NCBI GenBank assembly: GCA_001724265.1 | Contig: MEDY01000012.1 | Location: forward strand, 62,001-126,000 | Origin: Rhizaria sp. SCN 62-66 | Taxonomy: Eukaryota | Direction: 5' to 3' | DNA: 64,000 nt | Shown here: piece after piece, positions 25,657 through 38,200 of the stretch | Numbering within the stretch: the first letter of the stretch is position 1 | How the letters are laid out: each line of letters begins with the position of its first letter | The notes under the pieces: generated by a model | Databases searched by the model: none | Seen by the model: the letters and a program-made list of their open reading frames with translations, nothing else | Told to the model about the DNA's origin: nothing | Program-made: the position numbers and the translations under genes

Positions 25657-26195
25657 ATGTCCACCCATTCCGGTCCCAACGCCGCCGCAGCCGCTGCGGC
25701 CGCCGCGGCCGTGGGTAGTATTCCCGCGCCCGCGCCCGGCTCGCCCCCCGGGTCCGCCCCCAGGTCCCCGCCGCGCCCGCCGCGCTCACAACTTCAGTCA
25801 GGGGCCTTTGCCGCCGCACACCCGCACGCGCACCCGCACAGCGCTAACTACACAAACGCTAACGCGCAGCCCGCAGTCGCATCTGGCTTCAGTTCTGGCG
25901 CTGGCGCTGGCGCTGGCTCTGCTGCGGCCACGGGCGCCTCTCCGAGCCCTGCGTACGCGCACGTGAGCGCGCTGACGCTCTCGACCGGGCCCAGCTCCCG
26001 CTCCGTCTCGGCTGCTGCGGGTGATACTGCCACAACGGCTCACGCCGACCCAGCGGGCAGTGGCGCGCACGCGCTCGCGCCGGCACCCGTGACCGCGCCC
26101 ACACACATGCCCGTGCCCGACTCGACCCCCGCGTCGGGCTCCGCTCTGGGCACTGCGACCGCCTCTGCCTCAGCCTCAGCATCAACCTCTGCTGT

Positions 26196-26245
<50 letters not shown>

Positions 26246-29200
26246 ACTCTGTTGGGTCCACTTACACGCCGCACTCGCCGCACTCGCCCCAGTCGCCCTA
26301 CTCGCACCTGGAGTCGCCGTCACGCTATCCGCACGCGCAGCACGGGCAGCTGCAGCCGCAGCCGCTGCTGCGCGCCGCGTCGTTGGCGACCGCGTTCGCG
26401 CCCCGCGCGTCGCAGAGCAGCAGCAAGATGGCCGCGAACGGCGCCGGTCAGACCGCTAGTAGCGTGAAGAATGCCAATGCCGTTGCAAGATCATCAACGC
26501 AGTATAAACAGCCGACACTACAGCTACAACCGTTGCAGCAACAGCAACAGCAACAGCAACAACAACAGCAACAGCAACAACAACAGCAACAGCAACAACA
26601 ACAGCAAAGGCAGGGCGCGATCGCGGGCCCTGCGGCAGCGGGGAGCGATCAACGGCCGCCGTTTCCGGTTGCCGAATCGGTGGCTTCCCACGCTTCCTCC
26701 TCCTCCTCCTCATCGTCATCGTCGTCGTCGTCAACGGCCCAGCCTCAGTCGCATCATCAACAGCAACAGCAGCAGCAGCAGCCGCAGCAAGCGATGCTGC
26801 AACAGCAGCAGCAGCGCCAGCATGCCGACATTCACCGCCAGATCCAACAGCAGCAACAGCGGCAACAACAGCAACATCAGCAACATCGGCAACAGCAGCA
26901 GTCGCAGTATACGTATCATCACTACGACCCCGCGACCGGCACCCCCACGACGACCACCACGCCTTCTCTGGGCGGCGACTTCGCCTCCGCCGCCGCCGCC
27001 GCCACCGCCGGCGCCGCGTCGCGGGCCGCGCCGCCCCCGTCCGAGCACGGCTCGTGGTCGCTACTCTTCCGCCTCCAGCTGCTCTGCCGGCTGTACTCGA
27101 TCGCGCAGGACGCCATCATGGCCAAGCCCACCTCGATCGCGCTGCTCGCGTCGGATCCCGTGCTGGGCCGCGCGCTGCAGCCCATGATCCCCTGCTGCGG
27201 CCCGCCGCCGCCGCACGCCGCCGCCGCGCGCGCCACGGCCGCCGCCGCGCAGTCATCGCTACCCCCGCTGCAGAGCATGTTCCCGGCCTCTGGCTCCGGC
27301 GCTGGCGCTGGCTCCGGCTCCGGCTCCGGCTCTGGCCACGGCAGCGGCAGCGCGGCGGGCGAGGGCGCGAGCCGCAGCATGACTGCGGTGACGCAGATCG
27401 GCGCGGGGCGCGCGGAGCTAGCGGCGTGGTTCGGGGACCATAGCAGCAGCGACGACGGCGACGACGCCACGGCCTCGGCCGTTGGCGGCTTTCTCTCCGC
27501 CGCGTCGACCGCCGCGGCGCACGCGGCCGCCGCGGTCGCCGACGCCGCCGCCGCCGCCGCCGAGTCCGGCCGGCCCCAGCCTGGGCAGCCTGGACAGCAG
27601 CAGGGACAGGGAGGATCCGGGCAGGAGCAGCAGGGCCCCGCGTTCGCGACCGCGAGCAGCGGCCTGCGCCGCGGCAGCCGCCGCTCGCAGCGCCGCCGCG
27701 GGTGCGCGCGCGTCTTTTCCTGCTGCGCTGGTGGCGGCGACGGCGACGCGAACTCCGCGGGCGCGGGCGCCAGCCAGAGCCGCCTCAGCGCCGTGCACGG
27801 CGGCCACGGCCACAGCCGGTCGCGCGCGCGCTCGAAGTCGCGCGGCACGCCCCGCTCCGTTGGCGCGCACGCCGGCGCCGCCGCTGCGGGCAACGGAGCC
27901 GCAGGCGCGTCGTCTTCGCTGTCGTGGCGCCGCGGCTCGTCCTCGGTCGCGCCGTTCGAACACCCGCCGTCACAGGGCCCCACGCTGGCCACGACCGCAG
28001 CAGCAACGGCTGCGGCGGGCAAGGCGGGCGCCAAGGCCGCCGAGGCGAAGGCTGCGACCGCGACTGCGGGCGCCGCGACTGTGGCGACCGCGCGCGCCCC
28101 CGTGGCCGCGGCGGCGGCGCGCACGGGCTGGCTCGAGGCGCTGCTGCGCACGACCGCGGCCGCGACCGAGGCCAATGCGGCGCGCACCAGCGTTGGCACG
28201 CACGCCGTCACGCGCGCCCATGCGGGCGGTGGGGCGGGCGACGGCCGCGACGGCGAAAACTCGCCGTCTGTGGCGGATAGCGCCCGCCTTGGCGACGCGG
28301 CCGTGTCCAGCTCCAACTCAAGCTCGAGCTCTAACTCCCAGCCGCAAGGCCCGGGCCAACAACAAGAGCACCAGCCAGAGCAAGAGCAGCAGCAGCGGTG
28401 GTGGTGGCGTCGGTCCTTCTGGTCCTGGCCCTCGGCGCTGGCCCCGATAGCGGCCGCCGCGGCCAACGCCGACGCCGACGCCGCCTACCAGGACTCGGCC
28501 GCGCCCGCCGCGGCCACGGCCAACGCCGCCGCGGTGCTGTCCGCCCGCCGCCAGCGCCGGCGCACGCGCTTCCTTAGCTCCTTCGCGTCGAGCAGCAGCG
28601 GCGCGACAACACATAAGAGCAGCGGCCGCGCTGCCTCGTCCGCAGTAGCGGCGGCGGCTGCAGGCAGCGCGAGCGCGAGCGCCGAGCCCGATGCTGATGC
28701 CGAGGCTGAGGCTGAGGCTGACGCCAAGCATGAGCTGGCGCAGCGCGACGTACGCAGGGCCCGGCGGCGCGCGCGCGCGGCCGGCGCGGCTGCCGCGGCG
28801 GCGTCTGCGGCCGCTGCGGCTGCGGCGGCGGCGGGCGCGGGCGACGCCGCCCCGCTCGACGTGTCTTTGCTGTTCCACAACGGCTCCGACTCAGGATCTG
28901 ACTCGGGCTCCGGGTCCGACTCCGAGTCAGCCACGGACTCCGCCTCGTCCTCGGCGCGCGAATCGGACTGCAACGACTCGGACTTCGAGACCGAGGCCGA
29001 GGACGAGGCCGTCACCGGGCGCAGCCACATGCGCCACGCCGCTGCTGCCGCCGCCAAGGCCGTCAGCGGCAGCGGGCATAGCCACACGCGCGCGAGCCGC
29101 CGCGAGCGACGCCGCCTGCGCCGCGCGCTGGACACGGTATCGCGCCAGTATCTTTTCTACTGCACGCTGTACCGGCAGCACCCGCTCTGCGGCACGCTCC

Positions 29201-32200
29201 CGCCGTCTAGCGGCGCGTAGGCCGCGGCGCACGCGGGCCGCGGCAGAGCTCGCGAGCCGGCGTTCACGATGACCTCTCGGGCCGCTGCGGCGCGCGCCGC
29301 CGCGCTGGGTCTGCCCCCCGTGGCCGCGGCGGCGTTTGTGGACCCGACCAACGTGCGCGCGGCCATGGCGGCGCTGCTGACGGCCCCCGTCGAGGCGCTG
29401 TGCGCGATGTACGTCGAGGCCCGGTGTCCGCTGATCCTGCAGCAGCCTGGGACAGGCATTGCCGCAGTCGACGATGACGACGACCACCGCGGCAACGGCG
29501 GCAAGAACAACGGCGCGGACGACTCTGTATCTGCCCATGCTGGTGCTGATGCGAAGCTTGACACGCCCGCGGTCACCGATCTCCCACCCACCCCGTTCTA
29601 CCCCGGCGCGGCCGACGGCAACAATAGCAGCGTGGTGACCGGCAGCGACTCGAGCGGCTGCACCCCGGTCACCGGCTCCGTGCTCAGCGACAGGATCTAC
29701 GGCGGGGCGGCCCTGTCGACGAAGAACACGCCCCAGATTCCGCCGGCCGCGCTGGCGCTTATCTCGCACGCGCAGGTCATCGTGCGCCGCCACCATGGCG
29801 CCTACAGCGCGATGCGGCAGGCGCCCGAGCCGATGCTGCCCGCCCTCACGGTTGCGGATCGGCTGTCGATGCAGCGCCGCGCCGCGCGCTTCGCCGACTC
29901 GCCCATGGTTGTCATCGTGCTCACGGTCGTCGTGCTGTGGACGATCATCATGTTCCCCATTCAGTTCGCGTATCTGTCGAGCGACGCGGACCGCATTGTG
30001 TTCCGGCTGTACGGCGTTTCGTTCGGCCTGCTCATTGTCGAAATGGTTGTTTCCATCTTCGGCAGTCCGTTCCGCCCCCACTTCTGGTATAACTTCATCA
30101 TCGACGCCATCGTGCTCTTCACGCTGCTCTTCCAGCTCCCGTCCTTCGCGACGCTGCTCATCGGCGTGCCCTGGGCCGCGATCGCGGGCCGCTTGGATAC
30201 GCCGGGCGATTTCCTCCGCTACGAGAGCGCCGCGGGCGTGTACTACAACGTGTGCCAGGCGATGCGCTACATCCGCCTCGTGCGCATGCTGCGGCTCGCC
30301 GGCTACGTCGAGGCTGCGCAGACGTGGCTCGCGCGCAAGGCCAGGGACCGCCAGCGCACGGCTGCGGGCAAGGCGGCGGCGACGGCGGCGACGGCGGCGA
30401 CCACGGCGGCGACTGCGGCAGCGGAGGCCGAGGCCGTGGCGAAGGCGGCCGTCGCGGCGGCCACTGGAGCGTCGAGGAAGGACGCCCCCGTGAGCGACAG
30501 TGACAGCGAGTCCGAGGTCACGACCGCTGCGGCCTCTGCCGCCGCCGCGGCTGCTGCTGCGAACAAGGCTGCTGCGGCTGCCAATGTGAGTGCCAAAGCT
30601 GAGCAGCAGCAGCAACAGCAACAGCAAGTGCAAACTGGCGTTGTTTCTGTGGCACCCGCGTCACCGCCCGCCGCGGCTGAAACTGCGGCGGCCAGCGCGG
30701 CTGCAGCAGCTTCCGCCGCTGCAGGTGCCAACAGCGGCATTCTGAGGAGCCCTGCCGGCTCTGGTCCCCACGTCACCGGCGTTAGAAGCGACGGCGACGC
30801 TGCGACCAGCGGTGATTTTGACCATGTCACCAGCGACAGCGACAAGCTTGCTCCGATGCCTGCCCCCGGCATCATCTTGCCCCCAACTCACCGGCAGGCG
30901 CGTAACGCAAGCAACACCGCGACTATGGGCATGGCGCACAGCACTAGCAGTCGCGGCGATAGCCACGCCAGCTTCGGCGATCTCAGCTCCCGCGGGGACC
31001 ACAGCGCCCGCGACACGAGTACGCGCGGCGACGTTGAGATGGCGGCGCTTAAGACCGCGCGCGCCACTGCAACCGGTGCCAATGCTTCTGCTGCTGACAA
31101 CATCTCCAGCAAAAATGACAGCCACAGCGTCAGCCGCACGAGCTCTCACAAGCGCAACAACGCGCGCGACGCGGCATCAGCCAACAATGAGGCTGCTGCC
31201 AACGCAGCACAGCAGCACCAGCCGCGCGCCGGCGCTGACTCCGCGACCGTCGGCGCCGAGGCCGTCCCCGCGTCGCTGCTGCCTGTGCTGTCCGCGGGCC
31301 GCCCCACGCTGAGCAGCCGCGAGCTGCACCTGGCGCGCCGCCTTGCGCGCCTGCGCCTGCGCTCGCAGGCCGTGCTCGCACACGCCGAGGCCGCGGCCGC
31401 CGGCAGCACCACGGGCCCGCTCGCGCGCCTGCCGCTGCCGCAGCTGCTGCCGATGCCGCTGGGCGGCGTGTCGCTGCCGCTGGGCCCGCTCACCTCGGTC
31501 GGCGCGGGCGCCGGCGTCGGGGCGACCGCGAGCGTGTCGCTGCTCATGCCGCCACCGTCGCACGCTTCGCACGCTTCGCACGCGCCGCACAGTCTGGCGA
31601 GCGCGAGGAGCGACCTGCCCTCCGACCGCGAGGCCGGCGACTGGGACGGCGACGGCGACTACTACTACGACGACAACGACGACGACGAGCCGCAGTACCG
31701 CATGACGCTGCAGCCGCTCACCGTGTCCACGCTCATCTCCTGGGGCGTCGACGCCATCGCGGCCAACGCGCTCCGCATGTCGGACACAATCGCGCTGATG
31801 AGGCCGCCGACGCGCAGCATGTCTTCTGCGCGCGCCAACGAGGCGGACGCGGCCCGCGCTGACAGCAGCAACACTACCGGCCACGGCAGCGGCGCCAGCG
31901 CGCGCGCCCGCGAATCGAAGCAGCAGCAGCGCCTGCGCCGCCGCCTCGCGCGCTCGCTGCGGCGCTCGGGCGCGGTGCCCCGCGCATCGGCCTCCGCGCT
32001 GGCGGCCGAGGCGGGCGTGCTGCAGGCCACTGCGTCGCCCGCGGGCACCGGCCTCTCCCTGTGCCTACTCGAGGCCGAGGGCGCGGCGGGCACTGACGGC
32101 GAGAGCAACGTCGACAGCGACGCCGTCATCGGCGACACTACTGTCGCGGGCACCGGCGGCGGCGGCGGCCGCGGCAGGCACCGTGGGCGCCGCGGCTCCG

Positions 32201-35200
32201 GGGGGCCCGGATCCTCCGGCGACGAGTCCGCGCTCGCGGCGGCGACGGAGACCGCGGTGGACGCCGCCGCCAAGGCACACCGGGCCGCCGTCGCCGCGCG
32301 CGAGGCGGCCGCCAAGGCTGCGGCGGCGACCGCTGCGGCCGTGGCGGCCGGCGTCGGGCGCAGACGCGCTGGCGCGCACAGCAACAGCAGCAGCAGCAGC
32401 AGCAGTGATGGCAGCGGCGAAGAGAACAGCCGCACGAGCAGCACGACCGTCGCCGGCGGCGTCCCCGGCGACGACAACAGCGACGTGGATTCGCTGCCGC
32501 GCCGCGGCCGCCGCAGCAAGAGCTCGACCACGTCCTCTCCTTCGTCCGAAAGCGACGCTGTCGCCGCGGCGGCTGCGGCGGAGGCCGATGCGGCGGTTAA
32601 GGCCGCCGTCGACGCCGCCGCGGTCGCGAACGCCGCTGCGGCCACCGCCGCCGCCGCCGCTGCTGCCGCGTCGACTGCCGCGACTTCTCGCTCAAACAAC
32701 AACAATACTAAGAACGGCGCGAATAACTCGAGCGCTTCAGCTTCCACAGCGAACGCCTCTCCGGGCGGCGCGGTAGGCAGCAGCGGCAGCGGCAGCAGCG
32801 GCAACGGCGCGGAGGATCCCGCGGCCGCGTCCGCCGCCGTTGCCGCCACGCTAGTGTCTCTGTGCCGCGACCAATCCGTGCTAGAGGAGTCGTCGTCCTC
32901 GCGCATCGCGGTCGAGTACGCGCGCGGCTACCTGGATCGCCTGCAGAGCGGGCCGCTGCCCGGGCTCGCAAGGTGGGTCTACGGCGGCTTCCTGCCCGCG
33001 CTCGCGCCCGGGATGCTGCCGCTCGCCTCGGCCACCGCGGCTGCCACCGTCGTCGTCAGCGCCTCGGTGGGCGCGCCCAGAGAAGCGGATCCCGCGAACG
33101 ACGCCGTCGCCACTGCTGGCACCGGCTTTACGAGCCCCGCACCGGGCGCTGGCGCCATCCCGGGCGCTGGCTCTGGCGCCGGCCTTGACGCCCTCGCCGG
33201 CGCGGGCGGCAGCATCACCGTGCACCGGCCGCTGACCGAGAGCGAGATCACGAACTTTGCGGCCACGGCGGCGTATCTGCCGCCGTGGGTTCGCCGCGCG
33301 CTGCTGCTGCCGCTTGCCCACTCCAGCACTGCGCCCACCGCCGGCGCCGGCGCTGGCGGCGTCGCGACGTCGACGGTGAGCTCCAGCTTCAGCAACATCC
33401 ACACCGCGGGCGGCGGCAACGCCCTCGGCGGCGGCGCGGGCGCTCGCGGCACTGGCAACGGCGGCGGCGACGGCCACCACCACCACGGCCACCACGGCCA
33501 CCACGGCAGCTCTAGCCACACCGACAGCGCCGCCATCGCTGCCGACAGCGACGCCGCTGCGCCCCCGCCTCACCACTATGGCGAGACGGCGCGCGAGGTC
33601 CGCGCGGCGCTGTCGCGGCTCGTGTACGCGGACGTGCGCATGCGCCAGCTGTGGCAGGCGGTGCGTCTCACGTCTCGCATCTCGCGTGTGCTGGCCTCGA
33701 GCATCAGCCTCACCACGAACACGCGCGCGCAGGCGCAGGCCGCTGCCGACGCCGCTGCCGCTGCGGCCGCAGCTGCTGCCGCTAAGGCCGCCGCAGATGC
33801 CACTGCTGCTAACGAGAGTCTTTTGGCTGCTCCCTATGCTGCGAAGAAGCGTGCCTCAGTCATGTTCTCGTCCACAGTCACCGGTGCCACTGCCGCGAAC
33901 AGCGGCGGCAGCAGCAACGGTAACAGACTGTCTGCGGCGCAGCAGGTCAAGGGCGGTTTGCCGCAACAGCAGGCACAGCAGCAACAGCATCAGCAGCGTG
34001 GTGGCGGCCCGAATCCCGGCGTGCCATCGCTCGGGGCTCGCACGTCGTCAGCGCCCTCGGCGACGTTCTCTCTGGCTTCTCTGTCTCCATCTGCCGCGTC
34101 ATCAAGCCTCGCCGTGGTGACGACGACGGCCGTGGCCCCGGCGCCGAGCGTCAGTGCCAGTGTCACCTGCAGCAACAACAACAGCAGTGTGGTGCCGTCG
34201 CTGCGCGCCGACCCTGGGACGGGGCAGCTCACCGTCTCCTGGTGTCCGCACTCGCTGCAGGCGGCCGGCATGGCGATGCTCCAGCGGCTGTTGCGGCAGC
34301 ATTGGCGGCGGCAGTTCTACCTGGCCTACACCGCGACGTGGGCGCAGACGCTGCCAGTGGCGCGCGCGTGGTACGAGGCCAACTACCCGCTTCCGACGCC
34401 CGCGCTTGACTCGGGCAGTAACAACGGCGGCAACCTGTGCGGCACCATGGACACTGACTTCAACATCAGCAACAACAACAGCTACCCGGGCTTCGGCGCG
34501 GACGATGCGTGCGCTGCCGAGGTCGCCGCGGCTGCCGCGACCGGCGTCGCCGCTGCCATGAGCGCGGGCGCGGAGTTCTCTTCGGCCGATAACGCCGCTG
34601 CCGCCGCCGCCGCGGTGGCCGCCGCGCCGCAATGCGAGGCTGACCCGAAATCGACATCGGACGCGAACCTCAGAGCGCGCGCAGGCTCCAGCTCCAGTTC
34701 ATCGCAGCAACAGCAGCTGGGAGGACATGAAAGCAGTAGAATGTTGCCGATGAACCCGAACTTCAGGCTGCGGCTCCCCACCGGCTCCTTCACCTTTGCG
34801 TCCTCGCTCTCTCCCGCCTCCGCCACCTCTGGCTCCGGCTCGGGCTCCGCCTCGGCGTCAGGCCACGGCAGCGCCGCTCCGACCGGGGCCGCTCTGCCCA
34901 GCCCGGCGGGGTCGTCCCGGCCGCCGGGGGGCTCGTTCCCGCCCAACGCCAGCGCCGGCAGCGGCGGGCCTGCGGCCCCGCAGGTCGTGGTGGTTTACCC
35001 GCCGCACCCGAGCCTCCCGCTGTCGCCGGCGTCTGTGTCGTCGTACTCGTACACGTCCTTCCACCCGCACCCGCTCATCACGCCGCGGCCGCGCGCGCTC
35101 ACGGCCTCCGTGTCGCACGCTTCCCAAGCCCCTTCCTCGGCCGCGACGGCCGCTGACACGAACTCGCAGGCCACGCAGGCCGCCGCCGACACTGCATCTG

Positions 35201-38200
35201 GCGCCAGCTCGACCGCGACTGCTGCCGCTGTGGGGGTAGGCATTATGATCGATGCGACGGGCTCCGGCGCAGCCACCACCGCCGGCGGCGCCGCGAGCGT
35301 TGCCCCGGGCACCGGCGCGGGCGCGCGGGGCCGGTCGTTCTGGGCAACGCCGCCGCAGCATTCGCCGCCGCAGCCGGATCAGCACGCGGCGCCGCACCCG
35401 CTGCTGCCGCCGCAGCAGGCCGGCAGCCCCAGCGGCTTCCTCGCCGCCCCGGGTGCGCTCGCCACGCCCCGCGGCGCCGCAGGCTCAGCCACCGCCTCCG
35501 CGGGCTCTGGCGCGGCCTCAGGCTCGGGCGGCAGCAGCTCGTCGGTCGGGGCGACGACCGGCGGCAGCCCGGGCTTCCTACTGCAGCCACCGCCGCCGCA
35601 CATGATGCTGCATTCATTGCACTCGCCTTCTCTCAGCGGCTCTGCTGCCGCCATGACCGCTGCGTCGAGTGGCTTCGGCCTCTCCCTCGCCCCGCCCACA
35701 GCGTCCGCATCAGCTTCCGCCTCCGCCGCTGCCGCCGCTGCCGCCGCGGCCGCATCTGGCGCCGCTGCCGGCGACGGCGACGGCCCCGCGGCGGGCGCGA
35801 GCGCCGGCGCCGGCCGCGCGCGCGCACTGACCCGCGCGATGATGCGCATGCTGTCCCCGCGCGCGCAGTCGACGATGAAGGCGTTCCACTCCCCGCGCGG
35901 CGCCAACGCTTTCGCCAAGGTGGTGACGGCGGCGATGGCGGCCGCGGCCGCGGGTTCGCCCGTGCGCGCGGCCGCCGCGACGCCCGGGTCCGCGATGGGG
36001 ACGCCGCTGCACGACTCGAACCTCAGCAGCGTGAGCAGCAGTAGCGTCACCATCCACGCGCGCAGCCCCGCGGCCGCCGCGGCGTCGCCGAGCGCGGTGG
36101 GCCCGAGCGAGGCCGCCGCTGGTGCTGCCGGTCTCCGCAAGTACCCGAGCGACGCGCTGTACACGGCCGCCGCGCAAGCTAAGGCGCAGGCCCAGGGCTC
36201 GCCGGGAACGCTGCCTTCCGAGTCGCCCGCTGCGTCCATGTCGTCGCAGTCCTCACAGTCTCAGTCCCAGTCCCAGTCGCAGTCGCCGCAGAATGCGCTG
36301 TCATCACCGAGCAACAACACGGCTGTCTTCACCCCGACCATTGCTGGCGCGACTGCAGCCATCGGGGGCGATGACACCCCTGCTTCTACTGCCGCTGCTG
36401 CCGCTGCTGCCGCCGCGGCCGCCGCTGCTGTGGCCGCCGCCGCGCTGCCGCCACTGACTGTGAGCTCGCTCCCCGCGCTCAGCGCGCACGTTGTCGCCGT
36501 GGCAGCCACCACGGTCTCGCGCTTTAACCAAGCGCTGCCGGGCCACGGCGCCGCCGCCGCGCGCGCCGCGGCCGAGGCGGCGACCTCGGAGGCCTGGGCC
36601 ACCGCGCATCGCCGCCACTGCCGCCGCATCGCTGCCGCCGCGCCCAAGGGGCATCTCGCGGTCGTGCACCCGGCACCCCCGCATCTCTACTATGGCGGCG
36701 GGGCTGCGGCTAGAGCGCCCGTGCCTATTTACTCTGCTGGTACTGGTGGTGGGAATCTGGCGAGCGAGCTCGATGCTGCCGCTGCTCCAACTATCGCGGC
36801 CGCGCCTGTTGCGACGGCGAGAGTCGGAGATACCGCTGCTGCTGCGGGCGCAACTGCCGCTGCCGCTGCACCTGGTGCTGGTGCTGCGAGTGGCGGACTG
36901 GCCTCGCTCCCACACCCGCCGAAGCTGCAGCTGCAGCCATCGACCGAGCTGACTTCGTTGGCGCCCTCACACACGAGCGCGAACACACTGGCAACGAGTA
37001 CCGGCACCATTGCAGGCATGAGCCCTGACCACAAGTCCCCCACCGCCCTCTCGCAGACTATCGCCAGCACCAACACGAGCTTTGGCGCTCAGAACGGCGG
37101 TCAGGGCAACGCGGCGATGACAACTCTGTCGCCGACTGCGTCTGGCGGCACCCACACCGGCGCCGGCGCTGGCGCGCGATTCGCGTCGCCGTTCACGCCG
37201 AGGCGCGGCAGCACGCACAGCGCCGCTGCCGCCGCGAGTGCAGGCGCCGCTGCTGGCGGGGGTGTGCCTCCGCCGGTCATCCGCATCCACACCGTCGAAG
37301 ACTGCACCACCCAGCCGACCGGTGCGCCGGAGCGTGCACAGACTGCGAATGAGGACGATGACGAGCTGACTCGCGCAGTATACGACAAGACCAAGCAGAG
37401 TGCCGACGACAAGGACGAGCAGGGCGAGGACCAGGGCGACGACGACGGTGCGCAGCTTGGACTCGGCCTTGCTGACATGGTTACTTACCACAACAACAGC
37501 ACGAGTGGTAACGCCAACAGGAAGAGCAAGACTAAGGGCCGTATCATGAGCGCGGGCGCCGCCTCGAGCAACACGGCTGCTGGCGGTGAGACTTCTGGAG
37601 TCAACAGTGCGCGCGTCAATCAAAGTAACCGCGACCGCGCGACCGAGGACGATGGCGACAAGGAGGATTTCGCCCAGGATTCGCTGTTGGCGTCTTTTTC
37701 ACAGCGCCACAAGCTCTCTGTGATGGTCGGACTCGACGACCACCACGGCGACGATCACGGCGAGGACCACGGCGACGAAGCGCACCACGGTAGCGCGCAT
37801 GCTAGCTCGGCCGACGCGGCGGGCGCGGCGCCCTCGGTGGTCGCTGTGCCGCTGCACCGCGGCGCGACCGCGCGGTCCGTGCTGGTGAACGTGGCGTCGA
37901 CGCTGCCGGGGTCGCCCAAGAACGCGACCAACATGTCGACCACCACCGCGCGCACGGCCACGACGAGCGCGCACAGCGCCAACTCCACCATCACGCGACA
38001 GAGCACCTACGCCAGTACAGCCAAGACCGTCGGCTCCGCCAGCACGACGGACCCGAGCAACGCTGCCACGGTAGCCGCCACCGCGGGGGCTGCTGGCAAT
38101 GACGCTGTGCCGGAAATTGCGACCGCGCGCCGCCGGTCTTTGTTTGACCTGCAGACCAAGGCGCGCGACGAGCTTAGCTCGAGTCGTCTCGCAGCGCCTT

